A stretch of DNA of 64,000 nucleotides, taken from IMG/VR virus record IMGVR_UViG_3300008265_000001; one strand, given 5' to 3'. The DNA comes from a virus. Shown piece after piece: positions 36,811-45,063 of this stretch (the first letter of the stretch is position 1; each line of letters starts with the position of its first letter). The notes under the pieces are model-generated. The model saw nothing but the letters and a program-made list of their open reading frames with translations, did no database searches and was not told the DNA's origin. Both the position numbers and the translations under genes were made by a program.

Positions 36811-37272
36811 GCTTCTCGTTGAGGTTATCTTAGATGGTGCTAATTGTCTCCAAGTGGTAAGGTTATGTCGAAGGAGTAACGGATTCATGACTTCTCTTCT
36901 CCCCTAAGACTAGAGCTTACTTGCTGCTTCATGTATTGTAAAACCTAAAAACAATACACTACAGAGTGGGTGGTTAGGTTCCTCAGCCCGTGCCGATATG
37001 CACCTACACCTTGGGTTGTTGCTGGATAGCCCTGTCCTAGACCCAACTTCGCAGAGCTTGATTACTTAGGCTCAAGTTGCGGCTGGGGTTAGCAGGAACA
37101 CGCCCACAGATTGCATATTGACTATTTTGCAAATATCCAGATTGCAAAGAGGGGAACCCTAAGACCGCAACCTCTTTGCTTTGTTTAGCTGGTAATTGAA
37201 GAGTCACCTCCTTACTTACTTGCTACACTGCATTGCTGCATCTCTTTTAATATAACTCAACTTCTTTTTCTG
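36811..37272 (-). ncRNA. candidate large structured ncRNA (~460 nt, GC-rich, ORF-free)
   Basis: No ORF of 60 aa or more on the minus strand. There are 83 G+C in 36961-37110 (55%). It has nested helices, a promoter-like motif at the 5' side and a terminator at the 3' side. Confidence 0.5.
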
Positions 37273-37295
37273 CGCCTCTATCCAAAGACAGATAT
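37273..37295 (-). promoter_or_regulatory. class-1-variant motif (minus: ATATCTGTCTTTGGATAGAGGCG)
   Basis: Near-identical to 34613-34635. Both head ORF-free structured loci. Confidence 0.45.
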
Positions 37296-37363
37296 CTACA
37301 TGGCAAAACTCAGTTTCAGTTACTAAACACATACAATCAGTCCGAGAGAAAGATACTGCCATG

Positions 37364-37777
37364 TTAATCCTTAAAAAGTTCTACAAGTTCACGCAAATTA
37401 CTGATAGCTTCATCTTCGTTGTCAGCGCCGTCCCAAGCTTTTTGCCAGAGCTTTGTCGCCTTCTTTTCTGACAATCCTAGTTTTGATAGACCTACATCAT
37501 TGAAAATCAAATCAGTTACTTGTTTTTCTATAGAAGCACATAGAGGTTGCGCTTCATCATAAACCTTTTTCGCCGCCGTGAACTCTTTTTCAAACACTTC
37601 CCGTTTATCAGCATATTCTAATAGAGATGCTGCCATTTTCCTTACCTCATCTACAGACTTAAAAGCTGTACCCGCAGGTGATTTAGGGGGTTTTGGGATT
37701 TCTAATACAGGTTTTGCTTTGCGTATTGCTGCAATTCTTTGCTTCAAAGGTAATTCAAAAACACCATCGTCTAACAT
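37364..37777 (-). CDS. hypothetical protein
   Basis: 137-aa ORF. Confidence 0.6.
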   Translation of the reverse strand: MLDDGVFELPLKQRIAAIRKAKPVLEIPKPPKSPAGTAFKSVDEVRKMAASLLEYADKREVFEKEFTAAKKVYDEAQPLCASIEKQVTDLIFNDVGLSKLGLSEKKATKLWQKAWDGADNEDEAISNLRELVELFKD

Positions 37778-37780
37778 AAC

Positions 37781-38284
37781 TTAATCCTTCCAAAATGTTT
37801 TCAAGCCGTCTTGTTCAATCTCAAAACAGTATCGAGTAAAACAGGCAGAAAAGAAATCTGCCCAAGGACATAAGTAGCCTCCAGCCGTATAATTGTTGCT
37901 TTTATGCGTAAATTTACGGAAATGCAGCTTTTCTAACTCAATACACAACAACATTTGAGCATCTATGAAGCCAATTTGCTGCGATTGTGGAAAAACAAAG
38001 GCAAAAACAATCTTACTATTAGGTTTTATCTTACGAATAAAGCCTAGACCATCACCAACTTCAGTTTCGAGGAATATATTGCCCGTTTTAGCGGCTGCGT
38101 AGTCGGTTTTTACCTCAATTAGCAGGTCTTTTTTGCCGACCACACGAAAATCCCAGCTTTCATTGATTTGTTGGTCGAGAGTAGCTGGAATTACTTCGTA
38201 TTTTTTGCTGAGGAAGAACTCTTTTACGACTTTTTCACCGAAATTACCTTTAGCGAAGGACTTTGAGCGCTCAGAGTTAGTCAA
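37781..38284 (-). CDS. PD-(D/E)XK nuclease-like protein
   Basis: GEKVVKEFF...WDFRVV...LLIEVKTD matches an E..D..E.K arrangement. Confidence 0.45.
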   Translation of the reverse strand: MTNSERSKSFAKGNFGEKVVKEFFLSKKYEVIPATLDQQINESWDFRVVGKKDLLIEVKTDYAAAKTGNIFLETEVGDGLGFIRKIKPNSKIVFAFVFPQSQQIGFIDAQMLLCIELEKLHFRKFTHKSNNYTAGGYLCPWADFFSACFTRYCFEIEQDGLKTFWKD

Positions 38285-38733
38285 AATTGCGAACTTCCAT
38301 GTTCAAGGTCTTTCAATACCAACAAGATTTCCTCTGCATCGACACCAAGAAATTCTAAGTCGGTAATTTCAGCAGTACTCCACTTATCAAAGGTGGCGCG
38401 AATTGCTGCACAAATTTTATTTTCGGTATATGGAGACATCGCGTAATCACCTTCACCTCCAAACAATCCAAAAATAGTATCATTCTCGAATCGATAGTGG
38501 AAATCTCGTTTTGTTTTGCTAACTTTGTAACCAGCTTTCACCAGCACAAGAACCAAGTCTTCTATACTGTTGATTTTTTCGAGTCGATTCTCTTCTACAA
38601 GTGTAGCAATTTCTTCGCGCCAATCTAGCCGTTTCAATTTGTGAGCGCCACGTTTTCCTTTGGGTCGCTGATGCCGACACCAAGCATACGCTGACGTTCG
38701 GTAGCGTCGGTAGTCGTTGCTTTTATCTCTCAT
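38281..38733 (-). CDS. hypothetical protein
   Basis: 150-aa ORF with a 4-nt overlap. Confidence 0.6.
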   Translation of the reverse strand: MRDKSNDYRRYRTSAYAWCRHQRPKGKRGAHKLKRLDWREEIATLVEENRLEKINSIEDLVLVLVKAGYKVSKTKRDFHYRFENDTIFGLFGGEGDYAMSPYTENKICAAIRATFDKWSTAEITDLEFLGVDAEEILLVLKDLEHGSSQF

Positions 38734-38947
38734 AGTATTTCCTCAAATCATTCATCTGTGCATCACCACCTTCGATTACTACTCTAGGGTTCTTGTTTTT
38801 GGTTACAACTTTAGGAGCTAAAACTGGACTGTATTGAGTTTCTTGTCCTTCAAACTGGTAGCGTTGTTTGCGAACTACAGGAATGTCGTCGCCATACTTA
38901 GCTGCAAGAGCTTCAAGTTGTTGAATATATTTGCGAAGTGTTTTCAT
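38723..38947 (-). CDS. hypothetical protein
   Basis: 74-aa ORF. Confidence 0.55.
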   Translation of the reverse strand: MKTLRKYIQQLEALAAKYGDDIPVVRKQRYQFEGQETQYSPVLAPKVVTKNKNPRVVIEGGDAQMNDLRKYYER

Positions 38948-38948
38948 T

Positions 38949-39395
38949 TCAGTGATTAGTATACAAAGGTTTCCAATCCAAATTTTTCAAGTGATGATAC
39001 ATTCTATCCATCAACCACTCTGCAAGACGCAGTTTCTTGGGGTTGTAGCCAGCCTTGAGGCAAGCAGCCATCAAACTATACCCAATCTCTACATCGCCTG
39101 TCAAGCGTTCTCTATAGTGTTGGAACCGTTGCAGTTGTTTCTTCGAGCGACTGGTTTTAGGTAACGGGTCACATCTGAAAATGAAATCTGGGTCGTTACT
39201 TCGTGTCAAACCCCAATCTCCCCAGAACATATATACATCATTGTGCAGTTTTGTAGAGTGTTGATTATAGCTTGTAAGACCTTCAGGCGATTTGTAGTTG
39301 GTAGGTCGAACCAATCTTACAAGAGTCCAACCTTCGACAACTTCGCCATACACTTCTTCGTCTCCGAGACAATTAATTGCTGACACTTTTTTCAC
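38949..39395 (-). CDS. hypothetical protein
   Basis: 148-aa ORF. Confidence 0.6.
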   Translation of the reverse strand: MKKVSAINCLGDEEVYGEVVEGWTLVRLVRPTNYKSPEGLTSYNQHSTKLHNDVYMFWGDWGLTRSNDPDFIFRCDPLPKTSRSKKQLQRFQHYRERLTGDVEIGYSLMAACLKAGYNPKKLRLAEWLMDRMYHHLKNLDWKPLYTNH

Positions 39396-39795
39396 TCCAA
39401 TATTTTACACAACGTACAACCGTATCTAAATGACATCGAGGTACAAGTTCGACAGCATCACTTCGACGACACCAACAACGTACTCGGTATACTTTTTTCT
39501 CTTTATACAAGGGAACAAGCTGGTGTAACTTGAAGACGATATCTTTCGTTGAGGGTGTTTTCCAAACTTTCGAGATTGGTAGTGTTTTACTAATCTCTCT
39601 AGGGTCAACATACTGGTCTTTCATGCCAGCATTGTAACGTCTAATTACCAATTTCAAATAAGCTTCATGAGCATCACAAACTTTATCGCGAAACTCTTCA
39701 CTAACTAGGTCAAAAGGGTTGCCAAGTGCGGTTGCTCGGTCACACCTGATGTCGGAATCACGTTGACGCTCTTTGAGATGCCCTACAACCAACAT
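39373..39795 (-). CDS. DUF4326-like protein
   Basis: ALGNPF...AYL...VRCWC......CHLD resembles the DUF4326 pattern, from my recollection. Confidence 0.45.
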   Translation of the reverse strand: MLVVGHLKERQRDSDIRCDRATALGNPFDLVSEEFRDKVCDAHEAYLKLVIRRYNAGMKDQYVDPREISKTLPISKVWKTPSTKDIVFKLHQLVPLYKEKKVYRVRCWCRRSDAVELVPRCHLDTVVRCVKYWSEKSVSN

Positions 39796-40187
39796 TACAA
39801 CGACTCCAACAATTCAGCTTTACTTGCAAACAAACGAGCTTCCTCGACTTGCCAATTTGGGTCAAGTTCTCGATTACCTTTTTGAAGACAATACAACACC
39901 AGAACTTTCGCATCAGTGTTTCGAGAAAAATAATCAGACTCTTCTTTGAGATTTTGACTGCTCTCGGTAATTTGACGAAGACGTACAATTCCTGTCTGTA
40001 CCTTGTCATTCTTGATAAAATATACCGCTTGACCGATTGCAAACTTGAAAGTTGGGTTTGTGGGTAGATTATTGTAAGCTGCGCGTAAATTATCGTAGGC
40101 AATTAGAGAGTCGTCTTGATTAACTACATCATTTGTGAGTTCAAGACGCAACTTAATGAATAATTCTTTGATTCTATCTTCCAGCAT
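39795..40187 (-). CDS. hypothetical protein
   Basis: 130-aa ORF with a 1-nt overlap. Confidence 0.6.
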   Translation of the reverse strand: MLEDRIKELFIKLRLELTNDVVNQDDSLIAYDNLRAAYNNLPTNPTFKFAIGQAVYFIKNDKVQTGIVRLRQITESSQNLKEESDYFSRNTDAKVLVLYCLQKGNRELDPNWQVEEARLFASKAELLESL

Positions 40188-40246
40188 AATACCTCGCGTT
40201 AACCCTGATATACTAGTATAAAAATAACAAAAACTCCATCTATCAA

Positions 40247-40747
40247 ATGACAGATTATAAGTTCATGAACTCGCCACTCGAAGCGGATTTTGCTATTGGC
40301 AATCTTGACCGTTTACTAACTCGCGCCAAAGCAGATATCAAAACAACCATCGGTGCAGCTAAGGACATCGCTAGCAAAGCAGCATGGAAAGACCCCAAGA
40401 AGAACGCCAGCTACACCGATTTAGGTAAAGGTGCATCTGAAGCCAAGGGTCGTGCCAACAAAGCTCTCAGCGAGAAAAACGCAGCTAACAAAGCGGCAGA
40501 AAGAGAGAAAACTGCCAAGGATACCACTTTGAAATATGTTGAGCCTCGCAAACCCAGAGCAACCGCAGGAGCAGGAACTAGCGACCCCACAAAGGAAATC
40601 GCTGACCGCTACAGAAAAGAAGGTAAGGAGAATTACGAGAAAAATGGGGCGCGAGATTTAAGCCGTGCAAGTGCCGATGGAACGCTCGAACTTGATAAGC
40701 GCTTCAAGACTGGCGAAAAACGTTATGAATCTAATAAATCTAAGTAA
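40247..40747 (+). CDS. Lys/Ala-rich, probably disordered basic protein (opposite-strand island gene)
   Basis: 166 aa. TTAACC-N17-TATAAA lies upstream in the divergent gap 40188-40246. Confidence 0.55.
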   Translation: MTDYKFMNSPLEADFAIGNLDRLLTRAKADIKTTIGAAKDIASKAAWKDPKKNASYTDLGKGASEAKGRANKALSEKNAANKAAEREKTAKDTTLKYVEPRKPRATAGAGTSDPTKEIADRYRKEGKENYEKNGARDLSRASADGTLELDKRFKTGEKRYESNKSK

Positions 40748-40931
40748 CGGCACTCAAATCGCTCTCCAGTGACCACTGAAGGTAGCTGGGTGTAGTTACA
40801 ACACTCTTTAGATAGTATTGATGCTCTGAGCCGTCATCTGGTGCGATGTGCGAGTACACTTCGTAGATGCTTGCTTGTTTGCCAAACCGTACACGTTGTC
40901 CTACACTGAATTTGAATTTAGGATTGCTCAT
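40740..40931 (-). CDS. hypothetical protein
   Basis: 63-aa ORF. Confidence 0.5.
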   Translation of the reverse strand: MSNPKFKFSVGQRVRFGKQASIYEVYSHIAPDDGSEHQYYLKSVVTTPSYLQWSLESDLSAVT

Positions 40932-41259
40932 CTGGTCTATCTCCTAGCAATTTTTTTGCCATCTCTAAATAGTACTCGTCATTAGGTAAATCCAGCTCAA
41001 TTGCGTTGTTGTTGACACGAACAAACTCATGTAACTCTGCGGGTGTCTTTTGCAGCAGCCCTAAATCAGATTCGTGCAGTTGCTTAGCGAGACAAGGTAC
41101 GTTTTGCTTGTCACCATGTCCTGCGGTCGGAATACAAACTTTCGCCAACACTTGCTCAGGAGTTGTAGGTCGATTCTTGTAGCTCCAATGGAATACGCCA
41201 TCGATGTTTGCGATACCACATTTTTGACAATAAGTTATTGAGGGAAGTTTATCAGTCAT
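40918..41259 (-). CDS. hypothetical protein
   Basis: 113-aa ORF. Confidence 0.6.
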   Translation of the reverse strand: MTDKLPSITYCQKCGIANIDGVFHWSYKNRPTTPEQVLAKVCIPTAGHGDKQNVPCLAKQLHESDLGLLQKTPAELHEFVRVNNNAIELDLPNDEYYLEMAKKLLGDRPDEQS

Positions 41260-41263
41260 ATTG

Positions 41264-41527
41264 CTAAAACTCCTGATTGTAGATGTAATAAGAAATTTCC
41301 TTTTCTGCCTGAGCCTTCAGTTTCAGAAGTTCGGGATGGTTAGGAAATTCTTGTAAAGCGGTATAAACATACACAGAAGCGTCAACATACTTCTTTTCTG
41401 CAATCAGGCGCTCGATGTAGTGTAATTTGTATGAGACAGTGTGGCGGCGAAAGAGCCAATTGATTAGGCGGCTAACCATGTGAGATTCCTGTGGGTAGTT
41501 GGGCAATACTGAGATGCGAGAATGCAC
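41264..41527 (-). CDS. hypothetical helical-repeat protein (start uncertain; internal Met17 MVSRLINW likely)
   Basis: 87-aa track ORF whose first codon is non-ATG. Confidence 0.5.
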   Translation of the reverse strand: MHSRISVLPNYPQESHMVSRLINWLFRRHTVSYKLHYIERLIAEKKYVDASVYVYTALQEFPNHPELLKLKAQAEKEISYYIYNQEF

Positions 41528-41731
41528 TCTCGACGAGTAACTTGATGTTTATGAATAGTCTTGAAAATCGTTTGTGCGGTGGAATCATCGACGACGTATT
41601 TTTTGGTATTCATTGCAAATAATGGTAGATAAGTTTACTCAGAACATCATCTAGCTAGAGGAAGATATGTCTGTACAATCATTAGCGAAAATGAAACCGT
41701 TAAAAGTCTTATGATGAAGAATTTCTAACTT

Positions 41732-41998
41732 CTAAGCATACTCTTCTTTAGTAAGTACTTTAGTTGCTGTTGGTTGATAAACGCTAAACAATCGGTCAAC
41801 TTCTTTAGCTTGAGTATCACTGTTATTCAACGGGTTATCGTCGTCCCAATCCCCAACCTCAACGCTCTGAGACTTGATTACGCTAGGGGCAATGCAATCG
41901 TTCGGGTAGTTCGCATCTTCGATAACACGCTCGATTTCATCGGCTCCTAGATGGTCATGGTCGATTATCAAAACTTGCAGTAAATATGCTTTAGTCAT
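41732..41998 (-). CDS. hypothetical acidic protein
   Basis: 88-aa ORF. Confidence 0.55.
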   Translation of the reverse strand: MTKAYLLQVLIIDHDHLGADEIERVIEDANYPNDCIAPSVIKSQSVEVGDWDDDNPLNNSDTQAKEVDRLFSVYQPTATKVLTKEEYA

Positions 41999-42224
41999 TG
42001 AAAATATCTCCGATATGCATACTGCCAGTGACCGTACCGATGCTAATAACCTTGGAATTGCCAGAAGCCTTAATGTTTGTGCGAATGTTTTTACGCGAGT
42101 CTGAAATTTTCACTTGAGAATTTTCGGAACTCACAATAAAACCAGTAGCTTCAGTCCAAGTCACAGCAAGATGTTCGTTTTCCTGTGTGTAGATGTCGAT
42201 TGTTTGACCAGATTTTATTTCCAT
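41991..42224 (-). CDS. hypothetical protein
   Basis: 77-aa ORF. Confidence 0.55.
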   Translation of the reverse strand: MEIKSGQTIDIYTQENEHLAVTWTEATGFIVSSENSQVKISDSRKNIRTNIKASGNSKVISIGTVTGSMHIGDIFND

Positions 42225-42225
42225 G

Positions 42226-42381
42226 TTACTTTTCTCCGTACTTTCCCAATAGTGCCTTGAGTTCTCTGTGTGGTGTTTTCACAACCAACGCTTTTGTTTC
42301 TGAATTATAAGTAATGATAATCTTTTTATCATCGATTGTGAATAGCTCTAGCGGAACATTGTTTTGTAGCTGCTGTGGCAT
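42226..42381 (-). CDS. small protein (51 aa)
   Basis: MPQQLQNNVPLELF... It sits between the stops and starts of its neighbours. Below the track cutoff. Confidence 0.4.
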   Translation of the reverse strand: MPQQLQNNVPLELFTIDDKKIIITYNSETKALVVKTPHRELKALLGKYGEK

Positions 42382-42383
42382 AA

Positions 42384-43145
42384 CTAGATTTCCCATAAAG
42401 TAGTTGTATCAAACTGTTCGTTACTGTCGTTGTAACCTCTAGGATTACTAATAACTCGCGTATCACCTAGCTCGTAGTTCACAGACTCATGTAGATGACC
42501 ATGAAACCAATATTTTGCACCAGAGTATGCAACAAAACCATCGAGATTGCTTGCATACGCTGCGCTAACAGGGTCAGAAAAGAACTGTGGGCTTAGTGAC
42601 TTGGGTGAGGGGGCATGATGAGTGCAAATTACCTTTTTAGAGTCGGGTGTACGGTCAAATAAAGCCTGTCGTAGCCAATTAACTGAACGATGATGCCATT
42701 TTTCCGTGTCTGAAGGTGTTATTTTTCGATATCGGTCATCATTTCCGAGTCGAATTTGCTTGTAGTCGTTCAATTTATCGTAACAATCAAGTTTCCCTAT
42801 AGTTGAATCACCAAAAAGCGCGAAGTCTGTCCATAAGGTTGCCCCAAAAAAGGTGACATCATCAATAACCACACTCTCATTCTCAAGAACGTGAAAGTTT
42901 GGGCTATATTTTTCCGCCTCGGCGCGAATTTTGTCTGGTGTGTCGGGGTATTTGCCACCATAGTACTCATGATTGCCAAGAATATAGATAATATGCTTCG
43001 ACTCGATGGTATTAGCTGCCCACTGAACTCCTTTAATACTTGTGTGGATGTCGCCAAGCAGTATAGTGACATCGGCTTTGTCGGTGCTGGGGATGTGTAG
43101 GGCTGAAAATTCGAGATGAAGGTCTGAAAGAGCTAGGATTTTCAT
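42384..43145 (-). CDS. calcineurin-like metallophosphoesterase
   Basis: LSDLHLE, GDIH, GNHEYY, HHAP and GHLH motifs in canonical order. Confidence 0.85.
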   Translation of the reverse strand: MKILALSDLHLEFSALHIPSTDKADVTILLGDIHTSIKGVQWAANTIESKHIIYILGNHEYYGGKYPDTPDKIRAEAEKYSPNFHVLENESVVIDDVTFFGATLWTDFALFGDSTIGKLDCYDKLNDYKQIRLGNDDRYRKITPSDTEKWHHRSVNWLRQALFDRTPDSKKVICTHHAPSPKSLSPQFFSDPVSAAYASNLDGFVAYSGAKYWFHGHLHESVNYELGDTRVISNPRGYNDSNEQFDTTTLWEI

Positions 43146-43469
43146 TTAACACACCAAAACATTTAGTTGAGAGTTCAAGTATTCTCGAACAGCCGCATTA
43201 TCAGCTATCCAGTCGCCATGCAAGCTGTACTCCTTGCAGTCGTTCAGGATAGTCCATTTTGTATCGTTAGTACCGCCGAAGCTCATATAAGCTGACAAAG
43301 TACTCGGATTGCCCTTCTGAAGCTCAGAGACGATTTTAGCCTCATCTCTGGAGCTAAGTACTACTTTGAATGCACCTTGCTGCTCAGAACGGATGATGTG
43401 AATTTTCTTGGGTGTAGTGATTGGCACTTGTTCGACTTGACAGAACGTCATTTGCTCGTAGTTAGACAT
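43146..43469 (-). CDS. hypothetical protein
   Basis: 107-aa ORF. Confidence 0.6.
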   Translation of the reverse strand: MSNYEQMTFCQVEQVPITTPKKIHIIRSEQQGAFKVVLSSRDEAKIVSELQKGNPSTLSAYMSFGGTNDTKWTILNDCKEYSLHGDWIADNAAVREYLNSQLNVLVC

Positions 43470-43716
43470 AATAACTGCTACCTAACTCATCAGTGTGTAA
43501 ATTTAGCATCGATTTGTCATCAATCCAAGCTTGCTCTTGCGGTGACATTGAGTTGTAGCACTCACGCATATCTTGTTCGCATTCTAGGACGTAAGACAGT
43601 GCATCGACAACCATGAAAAAGATGAGTCGTGTGTTAATGAAAAATGGCAGGAAGCTATTAGTGATGTCGCAAGAACCTCCAAGCCCGAAAAATAGTTTAG
43701 GTCGCATCGATTCCAC
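43462..43716 (-). CDS. hypothetical protein
   Basis: 84-aa ORF. Confidence 0.5.
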   Translation of the reverse strand: MESMRPKLFFGLGGSCDITNSFLPFFINTRLIFFMVVDALSYVLECEQDMRECYNSMSPQEQAWIDDKSMLNLHTDELGSSYYV

Positions 43717-43909
43717 AACTGTAGCCTCCGAGATTATCTCGCTTGTGTTTTTGTTTCAGGTCATCAAGTGTGATTCCGTCTTCTAATGTAACTTTCACTG
43801 GCATTTTTTGATATATACCACGAGACTGATTGTAAACGTGAAGCTCGATTACTTCTTGACCAGTGAAGGACTGACCGCGAGAAACGAGGCGATACTGTGG
43901 TTGACTCAT
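43697..43909 (-). CDS. hypothetical protein
   Basis: 70-aa ORF. Confidence 0.55.
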   Translation of the reverse strand: MSQPQYRLVSRGQSFTGQEVIELHVYNQSRGIYQKMPVKVTLEDGITLDDLKQKHKRDNLGGYSCGIDAT

Positions 43910-44139
43910 ATCTTTTTCATCTCTCTATAAGTTGATTCAATATCTGGTGCTGCATCGACTTTGAACTTCTTCTCTTGGTCAACGTACCACCATTGCCTTT
44001 CGATGGCTCTGTAGGCATAGTAGTAATCTGCGAATAGTGGAATCCACATGATGTTGTCACCATCAGTCTTGCGGAGCCAATCTCGGCTGTCTACGGTGAT
44101 ATGTGCAGAAGAGGAATTGATGCGGTTGGGTTGTGTCAT
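43906..44139 (-). CDS. hypothetical protein
   Basis: 77-aa ORF. Confidence 0.55.
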   Translation of the reverse strand: MTQPNRINSSSAHITVDSRDWLRKTDGDNIMWIPLFADYYYAYRAIERQWWYVDQEKKFKVDAAPDIESTYREMKKI

Positions 44140-44140
44140 G

Positions 44141-44281
44141 TTATTTTTTCGGTTTAAGGTAAACTACATTCCCACTGGCGTAAGTCTTCTTAGTCCATCC
44201 CAGCTTCTCTAAGGCGTTTGCAATCTGCTTTTTGGAAATACTTTCAGTCCCTTTATATATTTCAGGTATAGTTACTAGATA
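44141..44281 (-). pseudogene. start-less ORF remnant (…IPEIYKGTESISKKQIANALEKLGWTKKTYASGNVVYLKPKK*)
   Basis: 46 open codons with protein-like composition. There is no ATG, GTG or TTG between the upstream in-frame stop and the end. Confidence 0.3.
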
Positions 44282-44305
44282 TTACTAAGCCGTCGGCGCA
44301 TGAGA

Positions 44306-44389
44306 CTAGGCAAGCGCCAATGAGCTAGAACTCACTCCGTTCGTGTGCAGAAAAGAAGGTAAGCGACAGTGAAAAAGGAAATGCTGCAT
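44306..44389 (-). CDS. 27-aa mini-ORF beginning MQHF (degenerate copy of the MQHF leader cassette)
   Basis: GGAGG lies 7 nt upstream. The peptide is MQHFLFHCRLPSFLHTNGVSSSSLALA. Its DNA shares ~35 nt with 62911-62945. Confidence 0.35.
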   Translation of the reverse strand: MQHFLFHCRLPSFLHTNGVSSSSLALA

Positions 44390-44407
44390 AACAACACCTC
44401 CACACTA

Positions 44408-44842
44408 CTATTCGCAATACTCCCGCCAAATTTGCTCGACTTCAGGTTCTTCGCAGTCAAATCTGTAACCTAAAGCATCACATCTAATCCAACGTTTATT
44501 TTTGTATCTGTAGATGTCTCCACGAACTGTATCCACTCTATTCCAGACAATCAAATCCTCCTCCTCTCTCCTCAGCCAAGCACTACCAGCTATCTCTAGT
44601 GATACTGTTTGATTAATGACCTTTACGACATCCTTCGCGCTGACCTCGACCTCGCGGCTGATTGTTTTAATGCTGATATTTTTAGTTCTTTTCAAAATAC
44701 TGGCAACACCTAAGCTTGCCGATTCTCTTGATTCCCAACCTTCGTGCGGGTTGTGGGCAGAGTCAATCCATTGCCCTCTAGCATCGTCGTGCTGAATAAA
44801 CCATCGTGTCATTTTCATAGTGCTTGTGTAGTCCCGTACCAT
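44408..44842 (-). CDS. hypothetical protein
   Basis: 144-aa ORF. Confidence 0.6.
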   Translation of the reverse strand: MVRDYTSTMKMTRWFIQHDDARGQWIDSAHNPHEGWESRESASLGVASILKRTKNISIKTISREVEVSAKDVVKVINQTVSLEIAGSAWLRREEEDLIVWNRVDTVRGDIYRYKNKRWIRCDALGYRFDCEEPEVEQIWREYCE

Positions 44843-44973
44843 TCTGCATCTTCAAAATTCGTGAAAGCTTCCAAAAATTCGTTCTCGCCGCTAGGATGCA
44901 CAGCAATAACGAACCACCAGCCGCAGTTTTGTATAGCGGTCAGGTAAGTATAATCGCACTTCTTTTCTGGCAT
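44815..44973 (-). CDS. hypothetical protein
   Basis: Start trimmed to the ATG at 44973 (MPEKKCDY). Confidence 0.45.
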   Translation of the reverse strand: MPEKKCDYTYLTAIQNCGWWFVIAVHPSGENEFLEAFTNFEDAEWYGTTQAL

Positions 44974-45063
44974 ATCAATAACTCCAAAATTTACTCTTGA
45001 TGTATTCTCTCGTTTCTTCACTACAAGCAAAAGGGCAAGAACCGTCAACGTGACAAACTCCAC

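Noticed and set aside
36689-36907. 72-aa plus-strand ORF inside the ORF-free locus
   Set aside because: It lies opposite to all local transcription signals. It spans the minus-strand terminator and the start of gene 36194-36763. It has no SD and its composition is not protein-like.
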